NCBI GenBank assembly: GCA_036785375.1
Contig: JAWMAR010000252.1
Coordinates: forward strand, 2,232,001 to 2,296,000
Reading direction: 5' to 3'
Source: Leucoraja ocellata
Lineage: Eukaryota
DNA length: 64,000 nucleotides
Part shown: positions 27,035-41,500 of the stretch, piece by piece
How the letters are laid out: each line of letters begins with the position of its first letter
Position numbering within the stretch: the stretch's first letter is position 1
The notes under the pieces: model-generated
Told to the model about the DNA's origin: nothing
Seen by the model: the letters and a program-made list of their open reading frames with translations, nothing else
The model's database searches: none
Position numbers and translations under genes: made by a program

Positions 27035-30000
27035 CCCACGACCACCACAGAATCTACCACCAGTCCTACAACTGGTAAGTGACAACTTCTCTCAACGTAC
27101 CCTCATGGCTTTTTTTTAAATCACAGCTGAGATCATACACTCATGTTCCCATCCTTGCTTCAAGTTCCGCAATTTCATAATTCCATTTTAGAGTCTGTGG
27201 GTTCAGTCTTGATGGTCCTCTGATGCAGGATAGGGATAGAGCAGCACTGACAATACTGTGCTATTCTGCTTGAGATTTTGAGCTGGGTTTGTGCGGGTGC
27301 TGTCGTGAATGAGGTTTATCTTCTGGCCAATAGTAAAGAACAGGAAAATGTATCCACTACCATGAATACTAATGATAATTACAACAACATTTGTCAGGAA
27401 ATATTTTTAAGCTCTATAGTTTATAGGATGAAGGTATGAATAAGTAGTTTATGGTGTTCCCTACATTTCAGTTGTGACCATATTTTAGTACAATTTCTTG
27501 CTAGGTCTTTGCAAGATAGGAAGTAATTAAAGGAGTTTATCTCCACTTTACACAATCTCTTTTGAAATAGTCAAAATTACCGTCTGCATTTCTTGGTCAT
27601 TCAAAATCTACGATTCAACATGGATGATTTAATTGTCCATGAATTTGTTTCCCTTTCGAAGAAACAGCTACAGCAACCAGCACAAATGGGTCCACAACCA
27701 TTTCCACAACTGGTGGGTGGTGATATTTTAATTTGCAATTTTTTTTACACAAGCTTCCCTATACATATACATATTATTTTAATTCAAAACAAATGACTTG
27801 GTAGAAATAAATGCTGAGAAGCTCAGCGGGGGCAACAGCATCTATGTAGCGAAGAAAATTAGCATTTCGGGCCGACACCCTTCTTCAGACCCGTTTCAGC
27901 CCGAAACGATGCCTATTTCCTTCGCTCCATAGATGCTGCTGCACCCGCTGAGTTTCTCCAGCATTTTTGTCTACCTTCGAATTTCCAGCACCTGCAGTTC
28001 CTTCTTAAACAAATGTAATGCCTTTATTATTTTCCAGAAGAAACAACTCCCACGGTGACACCAAGCACCACCACCACCTACACAACAGGTGAGTGATCAC
28101 CTCTGTCAGTAGGTTATTACCAGCCGTTACGTTCAGTCATTCAATTTCAACTTCCGCTTGCCCTCAGTTGAATCATTCTTCAAGTTGCATGTAATGGTTT
28201 TATTTGCAGAAAAAACAACAACTACAACAGAGCCAACCACAACCGAGTCTACCACCAGCCCCACAACTGGTGAGTAATGCCTTTTATCAATCATTTTAAC
28301 ACAAATATGCTCAAATACAGTACCACTCGCAGGTTGTGACAATATTGATCACTCTTGCCATGTGCAACACAATTTTACCTCAGCAGCAGCAGGATGTTCT
28401 CGAATTTCAAAGTCTTGAGGTACAAACTAGAATGGTGCTATAATACAATGCAAAGGAACAACAGTAATGCCCAAAGTATGTGCTGGAGCTGAAACACATA
28501 CAAATATTATTGCTGAATGTAGTATGGATTGTATATTTGCAGTGATTATGTTGAAATATTATTGCACAACTTCTTTTAATTTGTGCAGTATATGTTCATT
28601 TTGTTACTCCTCTCTCAAATGTGTAATTCTTCAAATTGAATGTAAAGGACATGTATGTATGTGTTTACAGAAAAAACTACAACAACAGCGACAACAACAA
28701 CAGAATCTACCACCAGTCTCACAACTGGTGAGTGATAACTACTCTCAATGTAAACCCATGGGTTTTTATATCACAGCTGAGCTCATAAACATCATTTTCA
28801 GTTGCACTCCTTTCCCCTCCTTTCTTCAATGTCACTTCATCCATAACAAGTGAGTGATCGCCTCTGTCAGTATGTACTTACTGGCTGTTGGGTTTGGTTG
28901 TTCAATTAAAACTTCCACTCGTCTTCAGTAAAAGTCTAATAATTTGACCTATCCACTACAATTTCCAATAACAAGCATTGGTCTAAATATTGAATAAAGG
29001 GATCATTCTAAATTTTCCAGTACTTGTAAAATATAATCAGTCTCAAATGTTAATTCTTAATACATGCTGCTTGACCTACTAAGTAGTTCTAGTCATTTCT
29101 ACATTCATTTGTCTTATATCTGAAATCTGCTTGAGCGGTATGAGAATTGAGTTGACTGTGATTTGAGTTTGTTTGTTATTTTCCAGAAGAAACATCAACT
29201 GTGACATCAACCAGCATTCCTTCCACAACAGGTAAGTTTTGGCTTTTTCAAGATATATTTATTTTGCAATCTCAACTTATTACAATGAAAATCCATTTGT
29301 TTTCTTCTCTACCATCATCATCATCGTTGAAAACATCAACGTGCACGAGCCTTACAATCCTATGTACGACAGTGATCACAACTTCTACTGAAGTGTGGAT
29401 GGCCGTTGGCCCGCTAGGAGCTCATCTGTCCTTTGACAGGTCTTGTTTTTGGTCCTTCAGGGGGTTCACAGCCTCCTCCTCATCTGGCAAATCAGGCGGG
29501 GGAGACAGTTTAGTCGCCGACTATCCAACCATGGAGCAGGTAGCACCGGATTACACGGTACCCGTGGCGGGGGGTACTCCCCCTATTTTCTCTAACTTTT
29601 CGGTATATTAGACCCTGTTCCCTGTTCCCCATTTTTACTTTCATAAGTAAAATGGTCAGTCGCTCACAATGGCAGCTACTTTTATCATCATGCGGGAATT
29701 TGAACTCACTTCTTTGTAATAATGTGCTAGGTAACTTCATTCTGAGGGCATGCGAGGAGGCTGTTTGACCCATTGGGTCCTTTCCAACAGTACAATGTCA
29801 TGTCCCCTGCTTATTTCCCTGGAACTGTACAACATATTCTCTCTCACATCCACTCTCTTTTGACTCTTTTGGTATTGGCCTATACAAAAGGGATAATTTA
29901 CAATAGCCAATTAATCTACCAGCATGTCTCTGGGTGACAGGGGGAACCCAAGGAAGTACAGGTAGCCAATATAAGCTCCATACAAACAGCACCTTATATC

Positions 30001-31247
30001 AGGGTTGAACTTGGATCTCTCATGCTTTTAGGCAAAGGCGAGACACAGCCTTTCACAGCAGTGGTCTTCCTTTATCTTATTTATCCTGGACCTGCTACCT
30101 TTTTGCCATTTCCCTCTTGTCCACCAATTAATCTCTCCTGCATATATGGTATATCTTTTCACCATATACAGTACGTAGCATGTTTAAAGGTGATATGGTG
30201 AGGCAGCGCAACTACTCCAATAATGTCCTTCAATAACACGCCGAGACCAACCCATCAAAGTGGAAAGAATATCTGGCTGTTAAAATCATGCAATAGTTAG
30301 TGCACAGCTGCAGTCAGCTGCCTGATAAGTGACATCTCACGTTTGTGCTGTATGCTTTTTCCACATTGTTCTGTTCTGCACTGACAATTACTGTTTCCTT
30401 ATCTGATACTTGAGGTTGTATCTTAGTTTAGATCAATCAACAGTTCCCCAAACATATTGTTATTATTCCCATTTTACTGGTCCCATTCCCACTTAAACTG
30501 TAATTTGGAAGATTAATTTTAATGCACAACCATGTTTCTCAAAGCTTGTTTTTTATATTTATGTTTATATTTTCCACTCTGTATTGTTTTATACAAGTTT
30601 GCCTTATGTTTTCTTTCTTTACATTACAGTGCCAGTCTGTTTGGGTGTATGGTCTCCTTGGTCTAATAAGCATACACCATCAGCGTTATCTCCAGATGAT
30701 TATGAATTGTTGAAACCATATGGCAATAAATTGTGCCCATCTTCTTCCGATGAAATTACTAATATTGAGTGCCAATTTGCTGACCATCCTGATTGGCTAC
30801 TAAGTGCATCGCCAGATCCTGTGACCTGCATTAAAGACATAGGATTGATCTGCACGTTCTCTGGAAATGCTATTCGCCAATTTTGTAGTGACTACAGAAT
30901 TAGAGTGTGCTGCGAGCCAACTGAGACTACAACTGTCCCCACGACTACAACTGAGTCTACCACCAGTCCCACGACTGGTGAGTGATACCTTCTCCAGTAG
31001 TTGTTAACAGTCATTTTAAAAGAAGGACAATAATGTCCAAAGTATGCCCAGCTTGTGCTGGAATTTAACCAAATACAAATGTTGCTGCTGAATGTTGCGA
31101 TGATTATAAATTTGCAATGACTTTTGTTGAAGTTATTCCACAACATCTTTTAATTTCTGCAATATATGCTGATTTTGTTACTACTCTCTCAAACGTGCCT
31201 TACTTCAAGTTGAATATAAAGGACATGTATGCATTTGTTTACAGAAG

Positions 31248-31291
<44 letters not shown>

Positions 31292-34200
31292 CCCACGACC
31301 ACCACAGAATCTACCACCAGTCCTACAACTGGTAAGTGACAACTTCTCTCAACGTACCCTCATGGCTTTTTTTTTAATCACAGCTGAGATCATACAGTCA
31401 TGTTCCCATCCTTGCTTCAAGTTCCGCAATTTCATAATTCCATTTTAGAGTTTGTGGGTTCAGTCTTGATGGTCCTCTGATGCAGGATAGGGATAGAGCA
31501 GCACTGACAATACTGTGCTATTCTGCTTGAGATTTTGAGCTGGGTTTGTGCGGGTGCTGTCGTGAATGAGGTTTATCTTCTGGCCAATAGTAAAGAACAG
31601 GAAAATGTATCCACTACCATGAATACTAATGATAATTACAACAACATTTGTCAGGAAATATTTTTAAGCTCTATAGTTTATAGGATGAAGGTATGAATAA
31701 GTAGTTTATGGTGTTCCCTACATTTCAGTTGTGACCATATTTTAGTACAATTTCTTGCTAGGTCTTTGCAAGATAGGAAGTAATTAAAGGAGTTTATCTC
31801 CACTTTACACAATCTCTTTTGAAATAGTCAAAATTACCGTCTGCATTTCTTGGTCATTCAAAATCTACGATTCAACATGGATGATTTAATTGTCCATGAA
31901 TTTGTTTCCCTTTCGAAGAAACAGCTACAACAACCAGCACAAATGGGTCCACAACCATTTCCACAACTGGTGGGTGGTGATATTTTAATTTGCAATTTTT
32001 TTTACACAAGCTTCCCTATACATATACATATTATTTTAATTCAAAACAAATGACTTGGTAGAAATAAATGCTGAGAAGCTCAGCGGGGGCAACAGCATCT
32101 ATGTAGCGAAGAAAATTAGCATTTCGGGCCGACACCCTTCTTCAGACCCGTTTCAGCCCGAAACGATGCCTATTTCCTTCGCTCCATAGATGCTGCTGCA
32201 CCCGCTGAGTTTCTCCAGCATTTTTTGTCTACCTTCGAATTTCCAGCACCTGCAGTTCCTTCTTAAACAAATGTAATGCCTTTATTATTTTCCAGAAGAA
32301 ACAACTCCCACGGTGACACCAAGCACCACCACCACCTACACAACAGGTGAGTGATCACCTCTGTCAGTAGGTTATTACCAGCCGTTACGTTCAGTCATTC
32401 AATTTCAACTTCCGCTTGCCCTCAGTTGAATCATTCTTCAAGTTGCATGTAATGGTTTTATTTGCAGAAAAAACAACAACTACAACAGAGCCAACCACAA
32501 CCGAGTCTACCACCAGCCCCACAACTGGTGAGTAATGCCTTTTATCAATCATTTTAACACAAATATGCTCAAATACAGTACCACTCGCAGGTTGTGACAA
32601 TGTTGATCACTCTTGCCATGTGCAACACAATTTTACCTCAGCAGCAGCAGGATGTTCTCGAATTTCAAAGTCTTGAGGTACAAACTAGAATGGTGCTATA
32701 ATACAATGCAAAGGAACAACAGTAATGCCCAAAGTATGTGCTGGAGCTGAAACACATACAAATATTATTGCTGAATGTAGTATGGATTGTATATTTGCAG
32801 TGATTATGTTGAAATATTATTGCACAACTTCTTTTAATTTGTGCAGTATATGTTCATTTTGTTACTCCTCTCTCAAATGTGTAATTCTTCAAATTGAATG
32901 TAAAGGACATGTATGTATGTGTTTACAGAAAAAACTACAACAGCGACAACAACAACAGAATCTACCACCAGTCTCACAACTGGTGAGTGATAACTACTCT
33001 CAATGTAAACCCATGGGTTTTTATATCACAGCTGAGCTCATAAACATCATTTTCAGTTGCACTCCTTTCCCCTCCTTTCTTCAATGTCACTTCATCCATA
33101 ACAAGTGAGTGATCGCCTCTGTCAGTATGTACTTACTGGCTGTTGGGTTTGGTTGTTCAATTAAAACTTCCACTCGTCTTCAGTAAAAGTCTAATAATTT
33201 GACCTATCCACTACAATTTCCAATAACAAGCATTGGTCTAAATATTGAATAAAGGGATCATTCTAAATTTTCCAGTACTTGTAAAATATAATCAGTCTCA
33301 AATGTTAATTCTTAATACATGCTGCTTGACCTACTAAGTAGTTCTAGTCATTTCTACATTCATTTGTCTTATATCTGAAATCTGCTTGAGCGGTATGAGA
33401 ATTGAGTTGACTGTGATTTGAGTTTGTTTGTTATTTTCCAGAAGAAACATCAACTGTGACATCAACCAGCATTCCTTCCACAACAGGTAAGTTTTGGCTT
33501 TTTCAAGATATATTTATTTTGCAATCTCAACTTATTACAATGAAAATCCATTTGTTTTCTTCTCTACCATCATCATCATCGTTGAAAACATCAACGTGCA
33601 CGAGCCTTACAATCCTATGTACGACAGTGATCACAACTTCTACTGAAGTGTGGATGGCCGTTGGCCCGCTAGGAGCTCATCTGTCCTTTGACAGGTCTTG
33701 TTTTTGGTCCTTCAGGGGGTTCACAGCCTCCTCCTCATCTGGCAAATCAGGCGGGGGAGACAGTTTAGTCGCCGACTATCCAACCATGGAGCAGGTAGCA
33801 CCGGATTACACGGTACCCGTGGCGGGGGGTACTCCCCCTATTTTCTCTAACTTTTCGGTATATTAGACCCTGTTCCCTGTTCCCCATTTTTACTTTCATA
33901 AGTAAAATGGTCAGTCGCTCACAATGGCAGCTACTTTTATCATCATGCGGGAATTTGAACTCACTTCTTTATAATAATGTGCTAGGGCAATAGAATTATG
34001 AGGGCATGCGAGGAGGCTGTTTGACCCATTGGGTCCTTTCCAACGGTACAATGTCATGTCCCCTGCTTATTTCCCTGGAACTGTACAACATATTCTCTCT
34101 CACATCCACTCTCCTTTGACTCTTTTGGTATTGGCCTATACAAAGGGATAATTTACAATAGCCAATTAATCTACCAGCATGTCTCTGGGTGACAGGGGGA

Positions 34201-35502
34201 ACCCAAGGAAGTACAGGTAGCCAATATAAGCTCCATACAAACAGCACCTTATATCAGGGTTGAACTTGGATCTCTCAAGCTTTTAGGCAAAGATGAGACA
34301 TAGCCTTTCACAGCAGTGGTCTTCCTTTATCTTATTTATCCTGGAGCTGCTACCTTTTTGCCATTTCCCTCTTGTCCACCAATTAATCTCTCCTGCATAT
34401 ATGGTATATCTTTTCACCATATACAGTACGTAGCATGTTTAAAGGTGATATGGTGAGGCAGCGCAACTACTCCAATAATGTCCTTCAATAACACGCCGAG
34501 ACCAACCCATCAAAGTGGAAAGAATATCTGGTTGTTAAAATCATGCAATAGTTAGTGCACAGCTGCAGTCAGCTGCCTGATAAGTGACATCTCACGTTTG
34601 TGCTGTATGCTTTTTCCCCATTGTTCTGTTCTGCACTGGCAATTACTGTTTCCTTATCTGATACTTGAGGTTGTATCTTAGTTTAGATCAATCAACAGTT
34701 CCCCAAACATATTGTTATTATTCCCATTTTACTGGTCCCATTCCCATTTAAACTGTAATTTGGAAGATTAATTTTAATGCACAACCATGTTTCTCAAAGC
34801 TTGTTTTTTATATTTATGTTTATATTTTCCACTCTGTATTGTTTTATACAAGTTTGCCTTATGTTTTCTTTCTTTACATTACAGTGCCAGTCTGTTTGGG
34901 TGTATGGTCTCCTTGGTCTAATAAGCATACACCATCAGCGTTATCTCCAGATGATTATGAATTGTTGAAACCATATGGCAATAAATTGTGCCCATCTTCT
35001 TCCGATGAAATTACTAATATTGAGTGCCAATTTGCTGACCATCCTAATTGGCCACTAAGTGCATCGCCAGATCCTGTGACCTGCATTAAAGACATAGGAT
35101 TGATCTGCACGTTCTCTGGAAATGCTATTCGCCAATTTTGTAGTGACTACAGAATTAGAGTGTGCTGCGAGCCAACTGAGACTACAACTGTCCCCACGAC
35201 TACAACTGAGTCTACCACCAGTCCCACGACTGGTGAGTGATACCTTCTCCAGTAGTTGTTAACAGTCATTTTAAAAGAAGGACAATAATGTCCAAAGTAT
35301 GCCCAGCTTGTGCTGGAATTTAACCAAATACAAATGTTGCTGCTGAATGTTGCGATGATTATAAATTTGCAATGACTTTTGTTGAAGTTATTCCACAACA
35401 TCTTTTAATTTCTGCAATATATGCTGATTTTGTTACTACTCTCTCAAACGTGCCTTACTTCAAGTTGAATATAAAGGACATGTATGCATTTGTTTACAGA
35501 AG

Positions 35503-35534
<32 letters not shown>

Positions 35535-38500
35535 CCCACGACCACCACAGAATCTACCACCAGTCCTACAACTGGTAAGTGACAACTTCTCTCAACGTAC
35601 CCTCATGGCTTTTTTTTAAATCACAGCTGAGATCATACACTCATGTTCCCATCCTTGCTTCAAGTTCCGCAATTTCATAATTCCATTTTAGAGTCTGTGG
35701 GTTCAGTCTTGATGGTCCTCTGATGCAGGATAGGGATAGAGCAGCACTGACAATACTGTGCTATTCTGCTTGAGATTTTGAGCTGGGTTTGTGCGGGTGC
35801 TGTCGTGAATGAGGTTTATCTTCTGGCCAATAGTAAAGAACAGGAAAATGTATCCACTACCATGAATACTAATGATAATTACAACAACATTTGTCAGGAA
35901 ATATTTTTAAGCTCTATAGTTTATAGGATGAAGGTATGAATAAGTAGTTTATGGTGTTCCCTACATTTCAGTTGTGACCATATTTTAGTACAATTTCTTG
36001 CTAGGTCTTTGCAAGATAGGAAGTAATTAAAGGAGTTTATCTCCACTTTACACAATCTCTTTTGAAATAGTCAAAATTACCGTCTGCATTTCTTGGTCAT
36101 TCAAAATCTACGATTCAACATGGATGATTTAATTGTCCATGAATTTGTTTCCCTTTCGAAGAAACAGCTACAGCAACCAGCACAAATGGGTCCACAACCA
36201 TTTCCACAACTGGTGGGTGGTGATATTTTAATTTGCAATTTTTTTTACACAAGCTTCCCTATACATATACATATTATTTTAATTCAAAACAAATGACTTG
36301 GTAGAAATAAATGCTGAGAAGCTCAGCGGGGGCAACAGCATCTATGTAGCGAAGAAAATTAGCATTTCGGGCCGACACCCTTCTTCAGACCCGTTTCAGC
36401 CCGAAACGATGCCTATTTCCTTCGCTCCATAGATGCTGCTGCACCCGCTGAGTTTCTCCAGCATTTTTGTCTACCTTCGAATTTCCAGCACCTGCAGTTC
36501 CTTCTTAAACAAATGTAATGCCTTTATTATTTTCCAGAAGAAACAACTCCCACGGTGACACCAAGCACCACCACCACCTACACAACAGGTGAGTGATCAC
36601 CTCTGTCAGTAGGTTATTACCAGCCGTTACGTTCAGTCATTCAATTTCAACTTCCGCTTGCCCTCAGTTGAATCATTCTTCAAGTTGCATGTAATGGTTT
36701 TATTTGCAGAAAAAACAACAACTACAACAGAGCCAACCACAACCGAGTCTACCACCAGCCCCACAACTGGTGAGTAATGCCTTTTGTCAATCATTTTAAC
36801 ACAAATATGCTCAAATACAGTACCACTCGCAGGTTGTGACAATGTTGATCACTCTTGCCATGTGCAACACAATTTTACCTCAGCAGCAGCAGGATGTTCT
36901 CGAATTTCAAAGTCTTGAGGTACAAACTAGAATGGTGCTATAATACAATGCAAAGGAACAACAGTAATGCCCAAAGTATGTGCTGGAGTTGAAACACATA
37001 CAAATATTATTGCTGAATGTAGTATGGATTGTATATTTGCAGTGATTATGTTGAAATATTATTGCACAACTTCTTTTAATTTCTGCAGTATATGTTCATT
37101 TTGTTACTCCTCTCTCAAATGTGTAATTCTTCAAATTGAATGTAAAGGACATGTATGTATGTGTTTACAGAAAAAACTACAACAACAGCGACAACAACAA
37201 CAGAATCTACCACCAGTCTCACAACTGGTGAGTGATAACTACTCTCAATGTAAACCCATGGGTTTTTATATCACAGCTGAGCTCATAAACATCATTTTCA
37301 GTTGCACTCCTTTCCCCTCCTTTCTTCAATGTCACTTCATCCATAACAAGTGAGTGATCGCCTCTGTCAGTATGTACTTACTGGCTGTTGGGTTTGGTTG
37401 TTCAATTAAAACTTCCACTCGTCTTCAGTAAAAGTCTAATAATTTGACCTATCCACTACAATTTCCAATAACAAGCATTGGTCTAAATATTGAATAAAGG
37501 GATCATTCTAAATTTTCCAGTACTTGTAAAATATAATCAGTCTCAAATGTTAATTCTTAATACATGCTGCTTGACCTACTAAGTAGTTCTAGTCATTTCT
37601 ACATTCATTTGTCTTATATCTGAAATCTGCTTGAGCGGTATGAGAATTGAGTTGACTGTGATTTGAGTTTGTTTGTTATTTTCCAGAAGAAACATCAACT
37701 GTGACATCAACCAGCATTCCTTCCACAACAGGTAAGTTTTGGCTTTTTCAAGATATATTTATTTTGCAATCTCAACTTATTACAATGAAAATCCATTTGT
37801 TTTCTTCTCTACCATCATCATCATCGTTGAAAACATCAACGTGCACGAGCCTTACAATCCTATGTACGACAGTGATCACAACTTCTACTGAAGTGTGGAT
37901 GGCCGTTGGCCCGCTAGGAGCTCATCTGTCCTTTGACAGGTCTTGTTTTTGGTCCTTCAGGGGGTTCACAGCCTCCTCCTCATCTGGCAAATCAGGCGGG
38001 GGAGACAGTTTAGTCGCCGACTATCCAACCATGGAGCAGGTAGCACCGGATTACACGGTACCCGTGGCGGGGGGTACTCCCCCTATTTTCTCTAACTTTT
38101 CGGTATATTAGACCCTGTTCCCTGTTCCCCATTTTTACTTTCATAAGTAAAATGGTCAGTCGCTCACAATGGCAGCTACTTTTATCATCATGCGGGAATT
38201 TGAACTCACTTCTTTATAATAATGTGCTAGGGCAATAGAATTATGAGGGCATGCGAGGAGGCTGTTTGACCCATTGGGTCCTTTCCAACGGTACAATGTC
38301 ATGTCCCCTGCTTATTTCCCTGGAACTGTACAACATATTCTCTCTCACATCCACTCTCCTTTGACTCTTTTGGTATTGGCCTATACAAAGGGATAATTTA
38401 CAATAGCCAATTAATCTACCAGCATGTCTCTGGGTGACAGGGGGAACCCAAGGAAGTACAGGTAGCCAATATAAGCTCCATACAAACAGCACCTTATATC

Positions 38501-41500
38501 AGGGTTGAACTTGGATCTCTCAAGCTTTTAGGCAAAGATGAGACATAGCCTTTCACAGCAGTGGTCTTCCTTTATCTTATTTATCCTGGAGCTGCTACCT
38601 TTTTGCCATTTCCCTCTTGTCCACCAATTAATCTCTCCTGCATATATGGTATATGTTTTCACCATATACAGTACGTAGCATGTTTAAAGGTGATATGGTG
38701 AGGCAGCGCAACTACTCCAATAATGTCCTTCAATAACACGCCGAGACCAACCCATCAAAGTGGAAAGAATATCTGGTTGTTAAAATCATGCAATAGTTAG
38801 TGCACAGCTGCAGTCAGCTGCCTGATAAGTGACATCTCACGTTTGTGCTGTATGCTTTTTCCCCATTGTTCTGTTCTGCACTGGCAATTACTGTTTCCTT
38901 ATCTGATACTTGAGGTTGTATCTTAGTTTAGATCAATCAACAGTTCCCCAAACATATTGTTATTATTCCCATTTTACTGGTCCCATTCCCATTTAAACTG
39001 TAATTTGGAAGATTAATTTTAATGCACAACCATGTTTCTCAAAGCTTGTTTTTTATATTTATGTTTATATTTTCCACTCTGTATTGTTTTATACAAGTTT
39101 GCCTTATGTTTTCTTTCTTTACATTACAGTGCCAGTCTGTTTGGGTGTATGGTCTCCTTGGTCTAATAAGCATACACCATCAGCGTTATCTCCAGATGAT
39201 TATGAATTGTTGAAACCATATGGCAATAAATTGTGCCCATCTTCTTCCGATGAAATTACTAATATTGAGTGCCAATTTGCTGACCATCCTAATTGGCCAC
39301 TAAGTGCATCGCCAGATCCTGTGACCTGCATTAAAGACATAGGATTGATCTGCACGTTCTCTGGAAATGCTATTCGCCAATTTTGTAGTGACTACAGAAT
39401 TAGAGTGTGCTGCGAGCCAACTGAGACTACAACTGTCCCCACGACTACAACTGAGTCTACCACCAGTCCCACGACTGGTGAGTGATACCTTCTCCAGTAG
39501 TTGTTAAGTCATTTTAAAAGAAGGACAATAATGTCCAAAGTATGCCCAGCTTGTGCTGGAATTTAACCAAATACAAATGTTGCTGCTGAATGTTGCGATG
39601 ATTATAAATTTGCAATGACTTTTGTTGAAGTTAATCCACAACATCTTTTAATTTCTGCAATATATGCTGATTTTGTTACTACTCTCTCAAACGTGCCTTA
39701 CTTCAAGTTGAATATAAAGGACATGTATGCATTTGTTTACAGAAGAAACAACAACAACAACAACAACAACAACACCCACGACCACCACAGAATCTACCAC
39801 CAGTCCTACAACTGGTAAGTGACAACTTCTCTCAACGTACCCTCATGGCTTTTTTTTTAATCACAGCTGAGATCATACACTCATGTTCCCATCCTTGCTT
39901 CAAGTTCCGCAATTTCATAATTCCATTTTAGAGTCTGTGGGTTCAGTCTTGATGGTCCTCTGATGCAGGATAGGGATAGAGCAGCACTGACAATACTGTG
40001 CTATTCTGCTTGAGATTTTGAGCTGGGTTTGTGCGGGTGCTGTCGTGAATGAGGTTTATCTTCTGGCCAATAGTAAAGAACAGGAAAATGTATCCACTAC
40101 CATGAATACTAATGATAATTACAACAACATTTGTCAGGAAATATTTTTAAGCTCTATAGTTTATAGGATGAAGGTATGAATAAGTAGTTTATGGTGTTCC
40201 CTACATTTCAGTTGTGACCATATTTTAGTACAATTTCTTGCTAGGTCTTTGCAAGATAGGAAGTAATTAAAGGAGTTTATCTCCACTTTACACAATCTCT
40301 TTTGAAATAGTCAAAATTACCGTCTGCATTTCTTGGTCATTCAAAATCTACGATTCAACATGGATGATTTAATTGTCCATGAATTTGTTTCCCTTTCGAA
40401 GAAACAGCTACAACAACCAGCACAAATGGGTCCACAACCATTTCCACAACTGGTGGGTGGTGATATTTTAATTTGCAATTTTTTTTACACAAGCTTCCCT
40501 ATACATATACATATTATTTTAATTCAAAACAAATGACTTGGTAGAAATAAATGCTGAGAAGCTCAGCGGGGGCAACAGCATCTATGTAGCGAAGAAAATT
40601 AGCATTTCGGGCCGACACCCTTCTTCAGACCCGTTTCAGCCCGAAACGATGCCTATTTCCTTCGCTCCATAGATGCTGCTGCACCCGCTGAGTTTCTCCA
40701 GCATTTTTGTCTACCTTCGAATTTCCAGCACCTGCAGTTCCTTCTTAAACAAATGTAATGCCTTTATTATTTTCCAGAAGAAACAACTCCCACGGTGACA
40801 CCAAGCACCACCACCACCTACACAACAGGTGAGTGATCACCTCTGTCAGTAGGTTCTTACCAGCCGTTACGTTCAGTCATTCAATTTCAACTTCCGCTTG
40901 CCCTCAGTTGAATCATTCTTCAAGTTGCATGTAATGGTTTTATTTGCAGAAAAAACAACAACTACAACAGAGCCAACCACAACCGAGTCTACCACCAGCC
41001 CCACAACTGGTGAGTAATGCCTTTTATCAATCATTTTAACACAAATATGCTCAAATACAGTACCACTCGCAGGTTGTGACAATGTTGATCACTCTTGCCA
41101 TGTGCAACACAATTTTACCTCAGCAGCAGCAGGATGTTCTCGAATTTCAAAGTCTTGAGGTACAAACTAGAATGGTGCTATAATACAATGCAAAGGAACA
41201 ACAGTAATGCCCAAAGTATGTGCTGGAGTTGAAACACATACAAATATTATTGCTGAATGTAGTATGGATTGTATATTTGCAGTGATTATGTTGAAATATT
41301 ATTGCACAACTTCTTTTAATTTCTGCAGTATATGTTCATTTTGTTACTCCTCTCTCAAATGTGTAATTCTTCAAGTTGAATGTAAAGGACATGTATGTAT
41401 GTGTTTACAGAAATAACTACACCAATAGCGACAACAACAACAGAATCTACCACCAGTCCCACAACTGGTGAGTGATAACTACTCTCAATGTAAACCCATG

